This document shows, one piece after another, positions 1 to 12,516 of a stretch of 64,000 nt of DNA. Location: contig OZ176054.1 in assembly GCA_964247055.1 (NCBI GenBank), forward strand, positions 12,958,001-13,022,000. The letters run 5' to 3'. Position 1 is the first letter of the stretch. The number at the start of each line of letters is the position of its first letter. The notes under the pieces were generated by a model that ran no database searches, was not told the DNA's origin, and saw nothing but the letters and a program-made list of their open reading frames with translations. The position numbers and the translations under genes are program-made. The stretch comes from Paragordius varius (Eukaryota > Animalia > Nematomorpha).

Positions 1-227
1 GCAGTTAGAAATGTGCTACGATATTTTCCCGTTTCTTTCCATGATACGCTTACCCCTGAATTTATGGAAGAACTTGAAAATAGAGGCCATATATACGCTT
101 ATCGATTTAAACCTCAGATTAGAATGAAGTTTCATATATAAATTCCTATCTTTTAAACAATTTTATAACGTATTATCTAATCACATATAATTTTCGTAAT
201 ATCGCTTAGTAAAAAATTCAAAAATTA

Positions 228-486
228 CAGTAAAAATTAAATACGGACAAAAGGTAAAAATATAAAGACAATTTTTTTTCCAAAAGTACTTTTTAAAACC
301 TTAATGTTTCTCGTATAAGCTACTTAGTGTGTTAGTATTATATATCTCTATTTCACACTTTGCCATTTAAAGCAATGAGTTATATTGAAATAAATCAAGA
401 TTTAAAAAGTATGGTTGTCTTTTGTGGAAAAAAATATTTTTTATATTTTTACGTTTTGTCCTTCCGTATAATTACAATTTTTACTG
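228..486. mobile_element. TA-flanked MITE with ~80-100-bp TIRs (CAGTAAAAATT...AATTTTTACTG), Tc1/mariner-pogo-like; representative copy
   Basis: TA|CAGTAAAAATT at 228 and TTTTTACTG|TA at 486, with inverted TACGGACAAAA / TTTTGTCC(TT)CCGTA blocks. The same element recurs at 2147-2432, 8710-10445 (interrupted), 36001-36286, 37806-38087, 54954-55222, 56921-57215 and as many partial copies. Confidence 0.75.
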
Positions 487-2146
487 TATTTGTAGTTCTT
501 TAATGTATATATATGATAGAGCATATCCTATTCAAGAATACCCAGGAAAATTGTTGGAATGCAAAGCTATCATGGCAATGATAATGAACAATTTGGATCC
601 TGACGTGGCTCAGTTCCCTGAAGAGTTGGTAACCTATGGGTCAAACGGTCAAGTTTTTAGCAATTGGATTCAAGTAATCCATTAAGTTTAAACATTTTAT
701 GCATAATTTTTACTTAACTAAATATATTATTTTTATACAAACAACATCTATTTGCTATTGGAAATATTATATTTAGGTTAGATTTACAATAAAAATTGGA
801 ATTATACGGACAAAATGTTAAAATATAACGACAAATATATTTTTTTAGAAGAAAACCATACTTTTTTAAACTCCATTTCCTAAGATATATCTCATTGTTT
901 CAAAATGCAAATTAAATTTTCAGTTTTTACTGTATATATATTTAAACATTGTTATGAAACAACATTATTTATGGGTAGGTTTAGGTCGGACTGGTTACGA
1001 ATGCAGTTATGATCATGGTAGCATAAGCCATTTTTTGCATACATGTTCACCATATGTTTATTAGTGTAAAAATTGAAATTACACATACAAAACGTAAAAA
1101 TATCAACAAAAGCTCTTATTTGATTTTTAAAATGTAACTCATTGTTTTAAATTGCAAAGTGTGGAAATAGATATGCAAATTAGTAACACTAATTATATAT
1201 TTACATTTGTAATTAAATAATTCAAATAGTGGGATATATTATAACTCAGCGGTAAATTCTAAATAACTAACAAAGAGCCAGTTTTTTTGCCCATCCTACT
1301 TTTTTAAAAACTTTTTAAAACAATTAGTTTAACAAATAAGAGCATTAACTTTTAGATAATCTATGGTTAAATTATTGGGTTCGGCATTTCATAAATATTG
1401 TGTTATATTTAATTTTTTCCACAGTTCTTATTAACTATGAAATATTTGTGTGAAATGGAGAATTATCAAACCTTAGTGTTATGTTCAGGACATCCGCACG
1501 GTTTATTCCCAAACATTTGGAATTATCTCACATGTGAAAAAACGGGGAAATTAGGTCTTTTATAAAATTGACAAAAAATTTATTTTTTTGATCATTTAAG
1601 AATTGTATACGTATACTATTTTTAAACCCCTGCTAAATTAAAGAAATACCGCCAAGTTATCCGCGTTTGATTATTACAAACGGCCTGGTGCTACCAACAT
1701 GTCAGGAATCAGAAAAGCAGCTTGATAGAGCCTACGTTTCAGATTACGAGCGATTATTTGGTTTGAATGTTAGTCAATATGGACAAATGACAGCAGGGAG
1801 TTTTTGTTACATTGGACCTCAGGGTATAGTCCATGGCACAACACTAACTTTGCTTAATATAGCTCGAGCAAATTTTGATGTCCAGAATGTGTCTGATATG
1901 GTGGGTAAGGTAACACATAATATTACAATATGGATACCTTTAAATATGTTTTAAGTGTGGATTGGAGCCGAAATTATTTTGGGTTTAAGTGAAAAATTTT
2001 ACAAGCGGTCATAAAAGAAAAAGTTTTTTCGTATTTTTTACATTAGATTTTTAAACTTACAATTAATATTCTTTTACTTTATTCAAAAAGCAATAGTATA
2101 TTGTTGTAGATATTATAGAGAAGCAAATATTTTGGCTTAAATTATA

Positions 2147-2432
2147 CAGTAAAAACTGGAATTATAAGGATAAAATGTAAATATATAAAGATAAATATTT
2201 TTGTCTAAAAGAAACTATACCTTTTTACTCCATTTTCAAAAATATAACTCATTGTTTAAAATTACAATTCATAAAATTAATATGTAATTGGTGACACAAT
2301 CAATTCTATATTTAACAATTGTAATTAAATAACATATATGAAAAAAATTAAGGTTGGAAAAAGTATGGTTGTCTTTTAGAAAAAAATATTTGTCGTTATT
2401 TACATTTTGTCCTATAATTTTAGTTTTTACTG
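2147..2432. mobile_element. TA-flanked MITE (same family) in urocanase intron 5
   Basis: TA|CAGTAAAAACTGGAATTATAAGGATAAAATG ... CATTTTGTCCTATAATTTTAGTTTTTACTG|TA; equivalent copies at 37806-38087 and 56921-57215. Confidence 0.7.
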
Positions 2433-4843
2433 TATTTTTGCAGCTATTATTCAGATATCTATTAAAAAGTTGTCGAAAAAAGAAAGGTTTAAATATAATT
2501 TTAAAAATCGAAACCATTTATAACCATGGCCAAAATATACTTAGCCTAAGGGACAAATCTAATTAAAACTAGCGCAAAAAACAGTCAAATCCTTATATAT
2601 TTTTTAATTTGTAATAAAAATATGAAAAAATCTTTAGGTATTTGTCTCAAGTGGATTGGGAGGAATGAGTGGTGCACAAGCTAAGGCTTGTAAAATCTTG
2701 TCATGTTTTGGCCTTATTGCTGAAGTAAATTTTATTCCCCCTTTAAATATATACATTTATATATCATGATAAGTTAACTTACCAAAATTTTAGTCATTTA
2801 GTAGATGTTGTATGATTCTTGAGGTAAAATTTATTTAACAATATTCATTTAGATAAATAGTGTGACAGCGCAAAAAAGATTGAATCAAGGATGGTTGGAT
2901 GAAGTGAGCGATGACTTGGATTACTGTATTAACCAAATACGCCAGTATAAACGGGATCTTATTAGCAAATCTATAGCATACTGTGGAAACATTGTGGATC
3001 TTTGGTAAGGACAAATTTACTCCTTTAAATGGCTTCGCGGACCGCATTTGAAAAATAGAGGGGGCATTTATAAATATTTTATTAGATGTTTAATTTTAAC
3101 TTGTGAAAATTGACAAAAATTAATATAATTACTATTTATTTCACCAATTTAGTTTTTGCCGATCGAAAAGATTTATTTATTCAGAATTTTTTTTATGAGA
3201 TATAGATTGTACCAAAATATTATGTGAGCATTCAAAGTGTAGAGTTTGGATTTATTTTGGGATTTTTCCAAATTTTTCGCCGGCCGCAGACAGCATTTTG
3301 CCCTTTTTTATCTAATACTTTTATGCTTACTTACTCGTTTGTTTAGTTGAAAAATCATTTTTAGGGCAAAATTGGCAGAAATATATGAGGAAACCGGTGA
3401 GAAATTAGTCGATTTTGGTTCAGACCAAACCTCTCTTCATAATCCATACAATGGTGGATACTATCCGGTCGGTTATAGCTGGATAGAGGCGAATCAGCTA
3501 TTAGCGACAAATCCTGAACGGTTTCAGAGGGAAGTTTGTCAAAGTTTGATACAGCAAGTCACGCATATAAATAGGTCTTTTCCTAATCCTTTATAATTTA
3601 AAATTTTATTAAACAAGTTTGTTTTTCCTATTAGATTGACAGAAATGACTGGGTTAGTATTTTTTGATTATGGCAATGCTTTTTTGCTTGAAGCTGCAAA
3701 AGCCGGAGCACCAATACACAAGAATAAAAGCGTTGTAGCATGCAATAATTTTGGAGAAATAAATCAAATTGGCGATTCAGTTGAACGGATATATAGATAC
3801 CCATCGTACGTGGAAAATGTAATGGGAGAAATTTTTGCATTTGGGTTTGGGCCTTTCCGTTGGGTATGTATGAGCCAGGATCCAAAAGATCTTGCTTATA
3901 CCGATAAACTTGCGCTTTCCATCCTTAGGGTGCGAATGAATTAGATTCTAAAATATTTCAGTGCCAACAAAAACAAGAGCAGAGTCGCAGCAAAATTGAA
4001 CTTTATGCCCGAATAAAATCTTACTATGTCGATAATTGCTTTTGGATGGAACACATCATTTCTCAACCTGGTGTGGGATACCTCACTGTAGGATCTCTGG
4101 CCCGGATCCTTTATTCAGACGTTCAAGGGAGAATACGACTGGCTTGTGCCTTCAATAAGGCCATCGCAGATGGACACATAACGCAATCGATTGTGTGTAG
4201 TCGAGACCATCATGACGTTTCAGGGGCTGATAGCCCTTGGCGGGAAACAGCTAACGTTCGAGACGGTTCCAACATGTGCATAGACATGTCCATTCAAAAT
4301 GTCTTGGGAAACGCGGCCAGAGGAGCGACTTGGGTAGCCCTTCACAATGGCGGAGGGGTCGGTTGGAACCGTGCAAGCAATAATGGATTAGGTCTTGTGC
4401 TAAATGGGCAACCGGAAACGGAACAACGCATAAAGAATGTTATGATGTGGGATGTATTGAATGGTATGGTACGGAGATGTTGGTCTAATGATTATAAATA
4501 TAGCAACAATGAAATCGATTCTCTCGCCGAAAAACGTGAGACATCATTACCCTTAGGTGAGAAAACGACGTATTACAATGATCTTATAAAGAGTTATTTG
4601 CAAGAACTTCAAACGGATATCAAGGGCTTAAAAGTAACATTACCCTTTGGGGAATAAATCAGAGGAAACTTTATTCAAAAAGATATATGTCTATTCATTT
4701 ATTTGTTACAATAAATATTATATATGATAATAATTAATTGTCATATTATTATAAATATTTTGATGTCATCTATGTGTGTTTAAATAATTGACTATAGTTT
4801 TTATCCTTTTTGCCAAAACAATCACAGATACTCCTTAATAAGA

Positions 4844-5820
4844 TTATGTTTTATTGTCGAAGTGACAGTTGTCATATTTGGAATTTTGACGTGCGACATA
4901 TTTTTCGAATTGGAGTTTCCAATCAACTATATATTTCGTTTTCCAGTCATTGAAGTGTGCTTTCCATTGGATTTCTAGATCACTAAGATCTTCTATTGGC
5001 AAAAATATATTAGTTAAAAAAACATATTGTTTAAAAATATAAAACGAATTGGTTAATCAAATTCTGATTATAAAAATATAGACTTACGTGTAGCTAAAGC
5101 AAGATCGGGCATGAATTCATTCCAAAATGCGCACTCTTTAATGCGCGGACCTCGACCAACGTCAAATGCATCGATGCAATATTCAAATATTCTCTATTAT
5201 GGGCAGTGTGGATGGGCCATTGTATATCGGACCAGGTTCCATCATCATTTATATTTGGATTTCTATTTTTTGCAGAAAAAAGGAAGGATAATTGAAACTC
5301 ATTTGGTTAGTGGTCATATAGTCCTATAAAAAATATTATTTTACCCAGTTTTGCCAAAATTGGTCCAGAATCGCATCATGAGCCAGCTTAATTCAATTTC
5401 TTTGGGTTTATATCCCTTTGAAGGATCTAACGGTTCCCCAAATATGTAATTAATTTCATCGGCATGCATGACACCCATCCAAGATGGCCAGGGGTGAGTC
5501 GATGATCTGTGAGTATAATAGTATTTGAACACATTTGCACCAGATTGGGCGTAGATGAAGGCGCCCATATTGATCCCACAGGTAAAGTAATAATCACCGA
5601 CACTTTTGTCGAACGCATCTAACATTTTCTTGGGGTCCGAGGGATCCTCCCAATGCGTATACTCATAGAGTATGGCTTTTCGACCAATTTGATTAAATTG
5701 TGGAAATAATTCGGGTAAGGCTTTAGCAAAAACGTGTCGATCAACGGTAACCGCCCTTTCTAACGGGATAAATAGATTCGTTAGCTGATAAATGTTAAAA
5801 TATGTGTCCACGTCGAAATT
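4844..5820 (-). pseudogene. ACHE: Acetylcholinesterase 3' fragment, unit A (exons 5820-5345, 5262-5088, T/WAT exon 4992-4844)
   Basis: [29 protein letters not shown] (catalytic His), FWTNFGKTG|NPN, GPRIKECAFW, then the WAT-like tail DLEIQWKAHFNDWKTKYIVDWKLQFEKY. No N-terminal half was found. 1-nt deletion in the middle exon; the DEG of the other copies reads DVD here. Confidence 0.9.
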
Positions 5821-6630
5821 TTATATGGGTCTCCGCAACTCAGAGATTTTAAGTTAAAATTAAATCTTATATTTCATAAAGTAATTTTTATATCATTGAA
5901 AGCGTTTTTAATATTCCTTGTCCGTATTTGAGAATCATAAATTAAAATTAAGTAAGAATACAAATTTTTTTTTAATTATCTAATAATATCTATATATGAT
6001 AACACAAAGGAACATCTATATTAAAATTAAACTTCTGTGATATTCGATAATTATTTTTAACAAAAAAAAAATTTATATAGCAATATAATAAATAAATTTT
6101 GGCAATTATCATTGTGGTGCACATTTCTTATTTATAGTTGCGTATGAAAAGAATAAAAAATGTTTTAAAAAAAACAAAGGAATATTTATAGGTTTATTTA
6201 ATTAGGGTTGTTTGTCAAAAAAACATTTTATTATTCTTTTCTGGACTAATAATGTTTTATGCCATACGCTACTATATGTATGCACAACATTACATATTCG
6301 CTTAGGAATTATATTTTTTGTATTGTTTGTTAAATATGGCACGTGTGGGTCTTTTAAAGCAATTTTTTACCTGTACATTTTTTTGATGAGACTTCTGGAG
6401 TAAAATATTATTGATTATCAATTTTAGAAGTCATTGAGTCAATAAAAGTTAAAAAATCAAAATATATCTATACATTGTTTTTACACACCTGTTTCAATAC
6501 AAAGTGTTTGTGTATGATTTGGTGTTAAAAATATAATGGAAATGTTTCAAAATCAAGAATTTTTTTAAACAATAATTTTATTTATTTTCAATTACATCAC
6601 AGAATAGAGGACATTAAATGAATCCATAAT

Positions 6631-9600
6631 TCAATCATTAGAGTTTTGGGGTCTAAAACAAATACATAAATTTGTCATGAAGGGGGATGTGTTTGATTTA
6701 TTTTTCGATTTTTTGACATTTTTATTGTTGTTTTCTCCAAATTGATGTTTAGAGCCTTCTGGAGGAGTCTTGAACTTAACGCGTGATCCAATATTATCTT
6801 CTTCACTACAAAAAAAGATTCATAAAAATCCCTATAAAATTAGAGATCGGAACCGTCATAAACCAATACACGGTTTTTGGATTTTTCAATATAGCTTTAT
6901 TGTTTATTCAATATAATTTTGGATTTTCAAATATAGCTTTTTTTTATTATGTTACATGGTATGAACATACGGTATAAATTGAGATTATACGGATAAAACG
7001 TAAAAATATTTTTTTAAAAGACCGCTGTACTTTTTAAAACTTTATTTTCGACATAAATCATTGTTTGTATATTTGTAGTATGTAAGAAAGATGTAAATTG
7101 GAAGCAACAATCAATTAGGATTTTGAAATTCTATTGAACAACCATTTTTGGCAAAACTATTCTGAATCTCATAAAAATCTCAAACAGAATAAAAGTCAAT
7201 TAATTACATTTATACATTTTGAAATGACATAAAAAATGTGTTTCAATAAGTATATTTCACTTTCCAACTTATACTTTGGAGGTAGAAAAGGGGTTTTCAG
7301 ATGTGTTTTTTATTTATACCACTGAAAAATTAAGGTAAGCTTTAAAATTAAAATAAATGCAATTCTACTAGTGGATCAATCAAATAGAGTGAGTGCGATT
7401 GCTAAATAACCTTATACTATTCGTTTAAAATAATGGAGATAAGGACATGACTTTATTCAAATCATTATTAATGATTGCTATTTTCTCCATATTCTCATTT
7501 TTCCAATATTTACGTCCATTTCTATCCATTTTAATTATAACTAATTCCCTTTACAAGATATTAGTATTTATATATTCATACCTTACAAGCTCATCACTTT
7601 TCATTGGATTGTAGAAGGGAAATCCTGTTCAAGTCCACCCACACTCCGATCTAACATAACAGCTCTTGAAGTGAAATCTTCAAATCCGGATTCTTCTTTA
7701 GCATGCATTTTTTGTTGCTGTTGTTGCCTTTTATTGGCAAAAAAATCCATGTAATTTTCATCATGTCCAACCATATTGTTGTCTACATTATTCATGTTTT
7801 GCCCGATTAAATTTTTATTTGCAGGTGTTACTGGCCATGCTAAATCACTCGATGCCGATTGGCCTATTCGTTTTTCATCTAAACCCTGTTTTTGTTTTAT
7901 AATTTTAAATGAATATCTTACAAAAGGATATTTAAAATTTTCTTTAGTTAGTTATTCAACAAATATTTTTTAATAAAAAATCCAAAGTTTATTTGGCACA
8001 AAGCCTATGTAAGTTGGAAAGCAAAGTGTTCAGATGGGTTTAGTTAGAGATTGGATATATTAGTGTACCCTAGTTTACAGACTATTAAGTTGAGAGTTTT
8101 AATTTAAAAATAGAAAAACTATATTTAAAGGGCTTTGAACCAGAACTGCATGAAACCAAAACTGGTGCTTAACTTTTCAACAGAAACAGGTTTCGTTGGG
8201 TTTAGGAACCACCCCGGTTTCCTTTTTAAATTCCCAGTTCTAGTTCCACTTTTTTTGAACCGATTCGAAGCCCTGATTAAAAGCTTTTATTCTGCCTACC
8301 AAATTTTGCATATCTTGTTTCACATCATCGGCATAGTAATAGGCGGAAGAAGAAATGTTTGATGGTTTTGGTTCCATATTGGTTGTCGATATTTCTGGCG
8401 AGGGTGGCAACTTACCTGTCCAATCAAACATGTAATCATATTCCCAACCATAGTTTTGCAATAATGTTTCAAATAACTGTTTAAGGTAGGCATAATCTGG
8501 CGTTTCGACAAAATCAAGGCCCCTGGCATAACGAACCAAAATTTTGAATTCTTCGGGCAAACCCGAACATAGAGTATCCGGATCAATATCTCGTTTCATT
8601 TCAGCAATCTTACGGTATTTTTGTTTAGAGGATTCGGTTTTGATTAACTTTAAGCCTGGACTTGTGGATATTGCATCAAAAATATATTATAGATTTTGGA
8701 TAAATTTTACAGTAAAAATTAAAATTATACGGAAAAAACCCAAAAATATAAAGACAAATATATTTTTTAAAAGACAGCCACTTTTTTTAATCTTGAATTT
8801 GTAAATTTTAAGTATGATATAAAATATGTAATTGATAACACAATCAATTACATTTTTTAAAATTTGTATATAAATAATTTATAAAATTTATAGATTTAAA
8901 AAGTATGGTTGTGTTATGCAAATCTGAAAGATATACTTTATTTTTATATCATAATTTTCTGAGTTACATGCAAATGTGAAATACATACCTCGGTTGTATA
9001 TCATAACTTTGACCGTTATTTGAATTGTATTATTTTTTATATTTTTTGTGTAATATGTAAATATTATAACCTTTTTTACTTTAAATTTTATTGATATAAT
9101 GCAAATTATGTACAACTGAAATTACTATATAAACCCTAAAAAAACCAAATGAAAAATTCAGTTCATTTCACATTTCTTATATTATCTCTGTTATCTTACA
9201 AGATAACATTGGTGGCCAAGACGAGTACCGAACTAATCTAACAACTAATCTAACACAACAGTGGAACCTCCGGGTTCCAAACTCGGATGGTGGAGATAGA
9301 GTCCAAAGTGCAATAACCATGAAAATGTCAATTGCCAATATCACCAGCATGTCCATTAAAAAATATAATGATAATACCAATTATAGCAATGGTAATAATT
9401 TTAATCGATCACAACAAAGCCTCGGACAATTCGCGCAAGGGTTATGGGAGTGTTCATAAGCAAATGTACCGCCTACCGCAATTGCAAATGCGGAAAACCC
9501 AACCACTTCGCTAATGTAGAAAAAAAAACACTGCCAAAAATATGTTCAACCGCCAGTGCACTGAAAGCGAACGGGCTAAGAATCTATAGCGACCTTGGAA

Positions 9601-11953
9601 TCTTTATCAACAAATGGCTGGGGAGGACTCCCACATCATTCAACATTTGATGGATGGGTAAGTAAGATTGGCGCGGACAAGCTTGTAATAAGATTGATCA
9701 GTAAGACGCCTACCTCCCCAGGCCGAGCTAAAGCTACACCCTCGACGATTCAACAATAAGAAGATGTGTCAGTTACAAAAGGACACTGTTCAGATTCCTT
9801 ACAGCGCCGATAGTATTTCAGTGCGCCTGGACCAATTTAAAAGAAATGGTCTAGGGTGGCATGAGGCAGAGATCAAATGAAACACGTCGCCACACATAAC
9901 ATAGGATGTTATCTTTCAAACCAAGATTCGTCGACACACCGCCAAATTTAAGACACCGGTCACTCAAAAAAGTAGTAATGATAACATTAATAGCAATAAT
10001 GACAATATCAATGTAAATCCGCACGAGCGTCGTTACCCCGAGAGAATTCGGCGGAATCCGGTCCGGTTCTCTTAAGGGGGAAGTGATGTTATGCAAATCT
10101 GAAAGATATACTTTATTTTTATATCATAATTTTCTGAGTTACATGCAAATGTGAAATACATACCTCGGTTGTATATCATAACTTTGACCGTTATTTGAAT
10201 TGTATTATTTTTTATATTTTTTGTGTAATATGTAAATATTATAACCTTTGTTACTTTAGATTTTATTGATATAATGCAAATTATGTACAACTGAAATTAC
10301 TATATAAACCCTAAAAAAACCAAATAAATAATTCAGTTCATTTCACATTTCTTATATTATCTCTGTTATCTTACAAGATAACAGGTTGTCTTTTAGAAAA
10401 TATTTGTATTTTAACATTTTGTCCGTATAGTTTCAGTTTTTACTGTATATGTAAATATATACCTTGCCAGGGCAAGGAACCCTTTAGAAAATATAGGAAC
10501 ATGTAGGCAAGTCCTTCAAGATCATCCCTTCGACTCTGTTCTATTCCAAAATGCGTGTTAACGGACATATATCGGGCAGTTCCAGTCAATGGTTTCTGTT
10601 CACGGTACTTTATATGTTTATCTGATATACGAGATGAGTTGACAATAAAATTTAAATTTTTATTTTCTATTAGTTACTAAAAAATGAAAGTAAACAGACA
10701 AAAACCTAAAAATATAAGGACAAATATTTATATCAAAAGATAACCATACTTTTTTAAACCGTAAGTTTTCCCACATATACTATTTAATAATATTTATTTC
10801 AAAAGACAACCATAGTTTTTTACACCGTATTTTTCCCACAAAAACTATTTAATTTAATAAAACAATAACTGTGTATCCAACTTACATGTCTATTTCAGAC
10901 TTTGTGGTTATAAACAATGAGTTATATTCGAAAAAATCAAGGTATGAAAAAGCTTGGTTATTTTTTGAAATTACGTTTTGTCCGCATAACTTATTTCATT
11001 TTTACTGTGAATTTTGTATATTAGCTGCATACCATTTTTATCGATGTATTCTTTGGCTAATCCAAAATCAACGACCCATATAATTCCCTCAGTGGTGTTA
11101 GCCCGTTTCCCAATCAAAAAATTTTCGGGTTTCACATCCCGATAAACTAACCCATAGTAATGTATAAATTCGATTCGATTTATCAATTGTATAGCAATCA
11201 TAATCACTGTTTTAAGACTAAACTGTTTATTGCAGTACAGAAATAGGTCTTGCAGACTGGGCCCTAACAAGTCCATCACCATAACGCGATAGGAACCACA
11301 GTGACCAAAATAATATACGCGGGGTATACCTTCGGCATATATCCCATACCTAAAATTAGAAATATTCGTGGACAAATATAATTGTCTAAATTACACAAAA
11401 TTAAAGTTATAAAAACAAAATGTAAAAACATAATTTTGAAAACGATAGCTTCCTAAGATTTTTTTAAATTAAATTTTGGGTGGTGAAATATGGAATAGCG
11501 AAATAAATTCGTTAACACTCCTTATGTTTTTAATTTTTACTGTTAATAGAAAGACCAAAATTTTCATTTTTACTATCAGACATTAAGTTAAATATTCTAC
11601 CTTTCATCCTGGTGCAGTCGACTGTACAATTCATATTCCCGTTTTAGTTGAGGGATTTCAGCATTTTCCGCCTCAATTTTTATGGCAGCTAAAGTCTTTG
11701 TAGCTATATGGATGCAATATCGCAGTTCACCGAACGTACCCGAACCAATATGCTGAGCGATTTGATATAGCTTTGGGTTATTTTTTATGTTGGCGCCGTT
11801 TGATTTGGAAAAACGATCAACACCAACTATACGACCCTGTAATTTGTCTTTTCCGCCACCATGCTGCGTTTCGGAGGAATTGATATTAACGCTATTATTG
11901 GAATGCTTAACACCTATGTTATAATAAGGGTCTTCGGTTTTCCCGGGACTCAT
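6631..11953 (-). pseudogene. CSNK1G: Casein kinase 1 gamma copy 1 (exons 11953-11601, 11349-11033, 10621-10463, 8655-8300, 7885-7582, 6805-6631); kinase domain open, 1-nt deletion at 7627/7628 gives a stop at 7603-7601
   Basis: [66 protein letters not shown]; last exon ends [12 protein letters not shown]. Exon 5 is 304 nt versus 302/305 nt (3n+2) in copies 2 and 3. It may still encode a truncated active kinase. Confidence 0.85.
8912..10383 (+). mobile_element. Non-autonomous, internally deleted Ty3/gypsy-type LTR element: 297-bp LTRs 8912-9208 and 10087-10383, 5-bp TSD GGTTG
   Basis: LTRs start TGTTAT and end ATAACA. GGTTG lies at 8907-8911 and 10384-10388. PBS-like TGGTGGCC at 9210; PPT AAGGGGGAAGTGA before the 3' LTR. 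Internal relics of a gag knuckle (KCTAYRNCKCGKPNHFANV) and a pol tail (RRYPERIRRNPVRFS*). At least 4 LTR differences seen. Confidence 0.92.
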
Positions 11954-12498
11954 GATTTGAAATATTAAATTAGATATCGATTACACATTAGGGTTCAAGT
12001 TTATGAATCTTGTTTGAAGATATTTCATTTTCTTAAACTGAAAGCTCAGAGCCCGAAAAAAAGTTTTTTGCCAAATAAAAAGTAAATTAAAATATTACTA
12101 ATAAAAATCACACTAATATCAGATATAGTTAAAAAGAAATCATTTAACAATAATGCTATGCCGCGGTTTTAACAATCACGTAAATTTGATTTTGTGGCAT
12201 ATTTTTATTATATACATTATTTTCTTATATTTATTTTGGATTTGATATTTTCACTTATATTTATTAGCGTATCTTTAGCATAAAAATTGATCATATAGGT
12301 AGAGCTTAACCTTCTTATGTATTTATATATCAATAAATATAAATAGTTACTTTTTCATTTGTGTAATGTATCAAAAAAATAAGTATATTTAAAACAATAT
12401 ATTTTAAGTAATTGGTATTCTTTTGAAAATTATGGTTAGCTCCAAAGGTAAATCCAAAAAACTAATTCTTATATCATAAATCGCTCATAATCCGGCTT

Positions 12499-12516
12499 TA
12501 TATATATATATATATA
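12499..12516. repeat. (TA)9 microsatellite; (TA)16 at the equivalent sites 33371-33402 and 50433-50464
   Basis: Directly read, always after the same ATAATCCGGCT flank. Confidence 0.9.

Larger units (their letters stand above)
1..4657 (+). pseudogene. UROC1: Urocanate hydratase copy A (exon 1 outside window; exons 1-128 partial, 520-673, 1425-1554, 1644-1909, 2638-2724, 2853-3004, 3365-3574, 3635-4657); 4-nt deletion frameshift at 3930/3931
   Basis: Spliced translation has the urocanase motifs MNNLDPDVAQFPEELVTYG, YGQMTAGSFCYIGPQGIVHGT, SGLGGMSGAQ, GSDQTSLHNP, GFGPFRWVC, SRDHHDVSG and HNGGGVGW. GT-AG introns keep the frame. AGGG-TGCG here versus AGGGAGATTGCG in the other copies shifts the frame in the last exon. 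Confidence 0.93.

Noticed and set aside
2772-2790. Minus-strand GGTAAGT donor-like motif in urocanase intron 6 as an antisense exon
   Set aside because: No supporting acceptor or coherent antisense ORF; a 6-7-nt match is expected by chance.
7420-7548. Short open frame just after CK1 exon 5 as the terminal exon
   Set aside because: Its acceptor is lost in copy 3 and its frame breaks in copy 2, whereas the exon at 6805-6631 is open with in-frame indels in all four copies.
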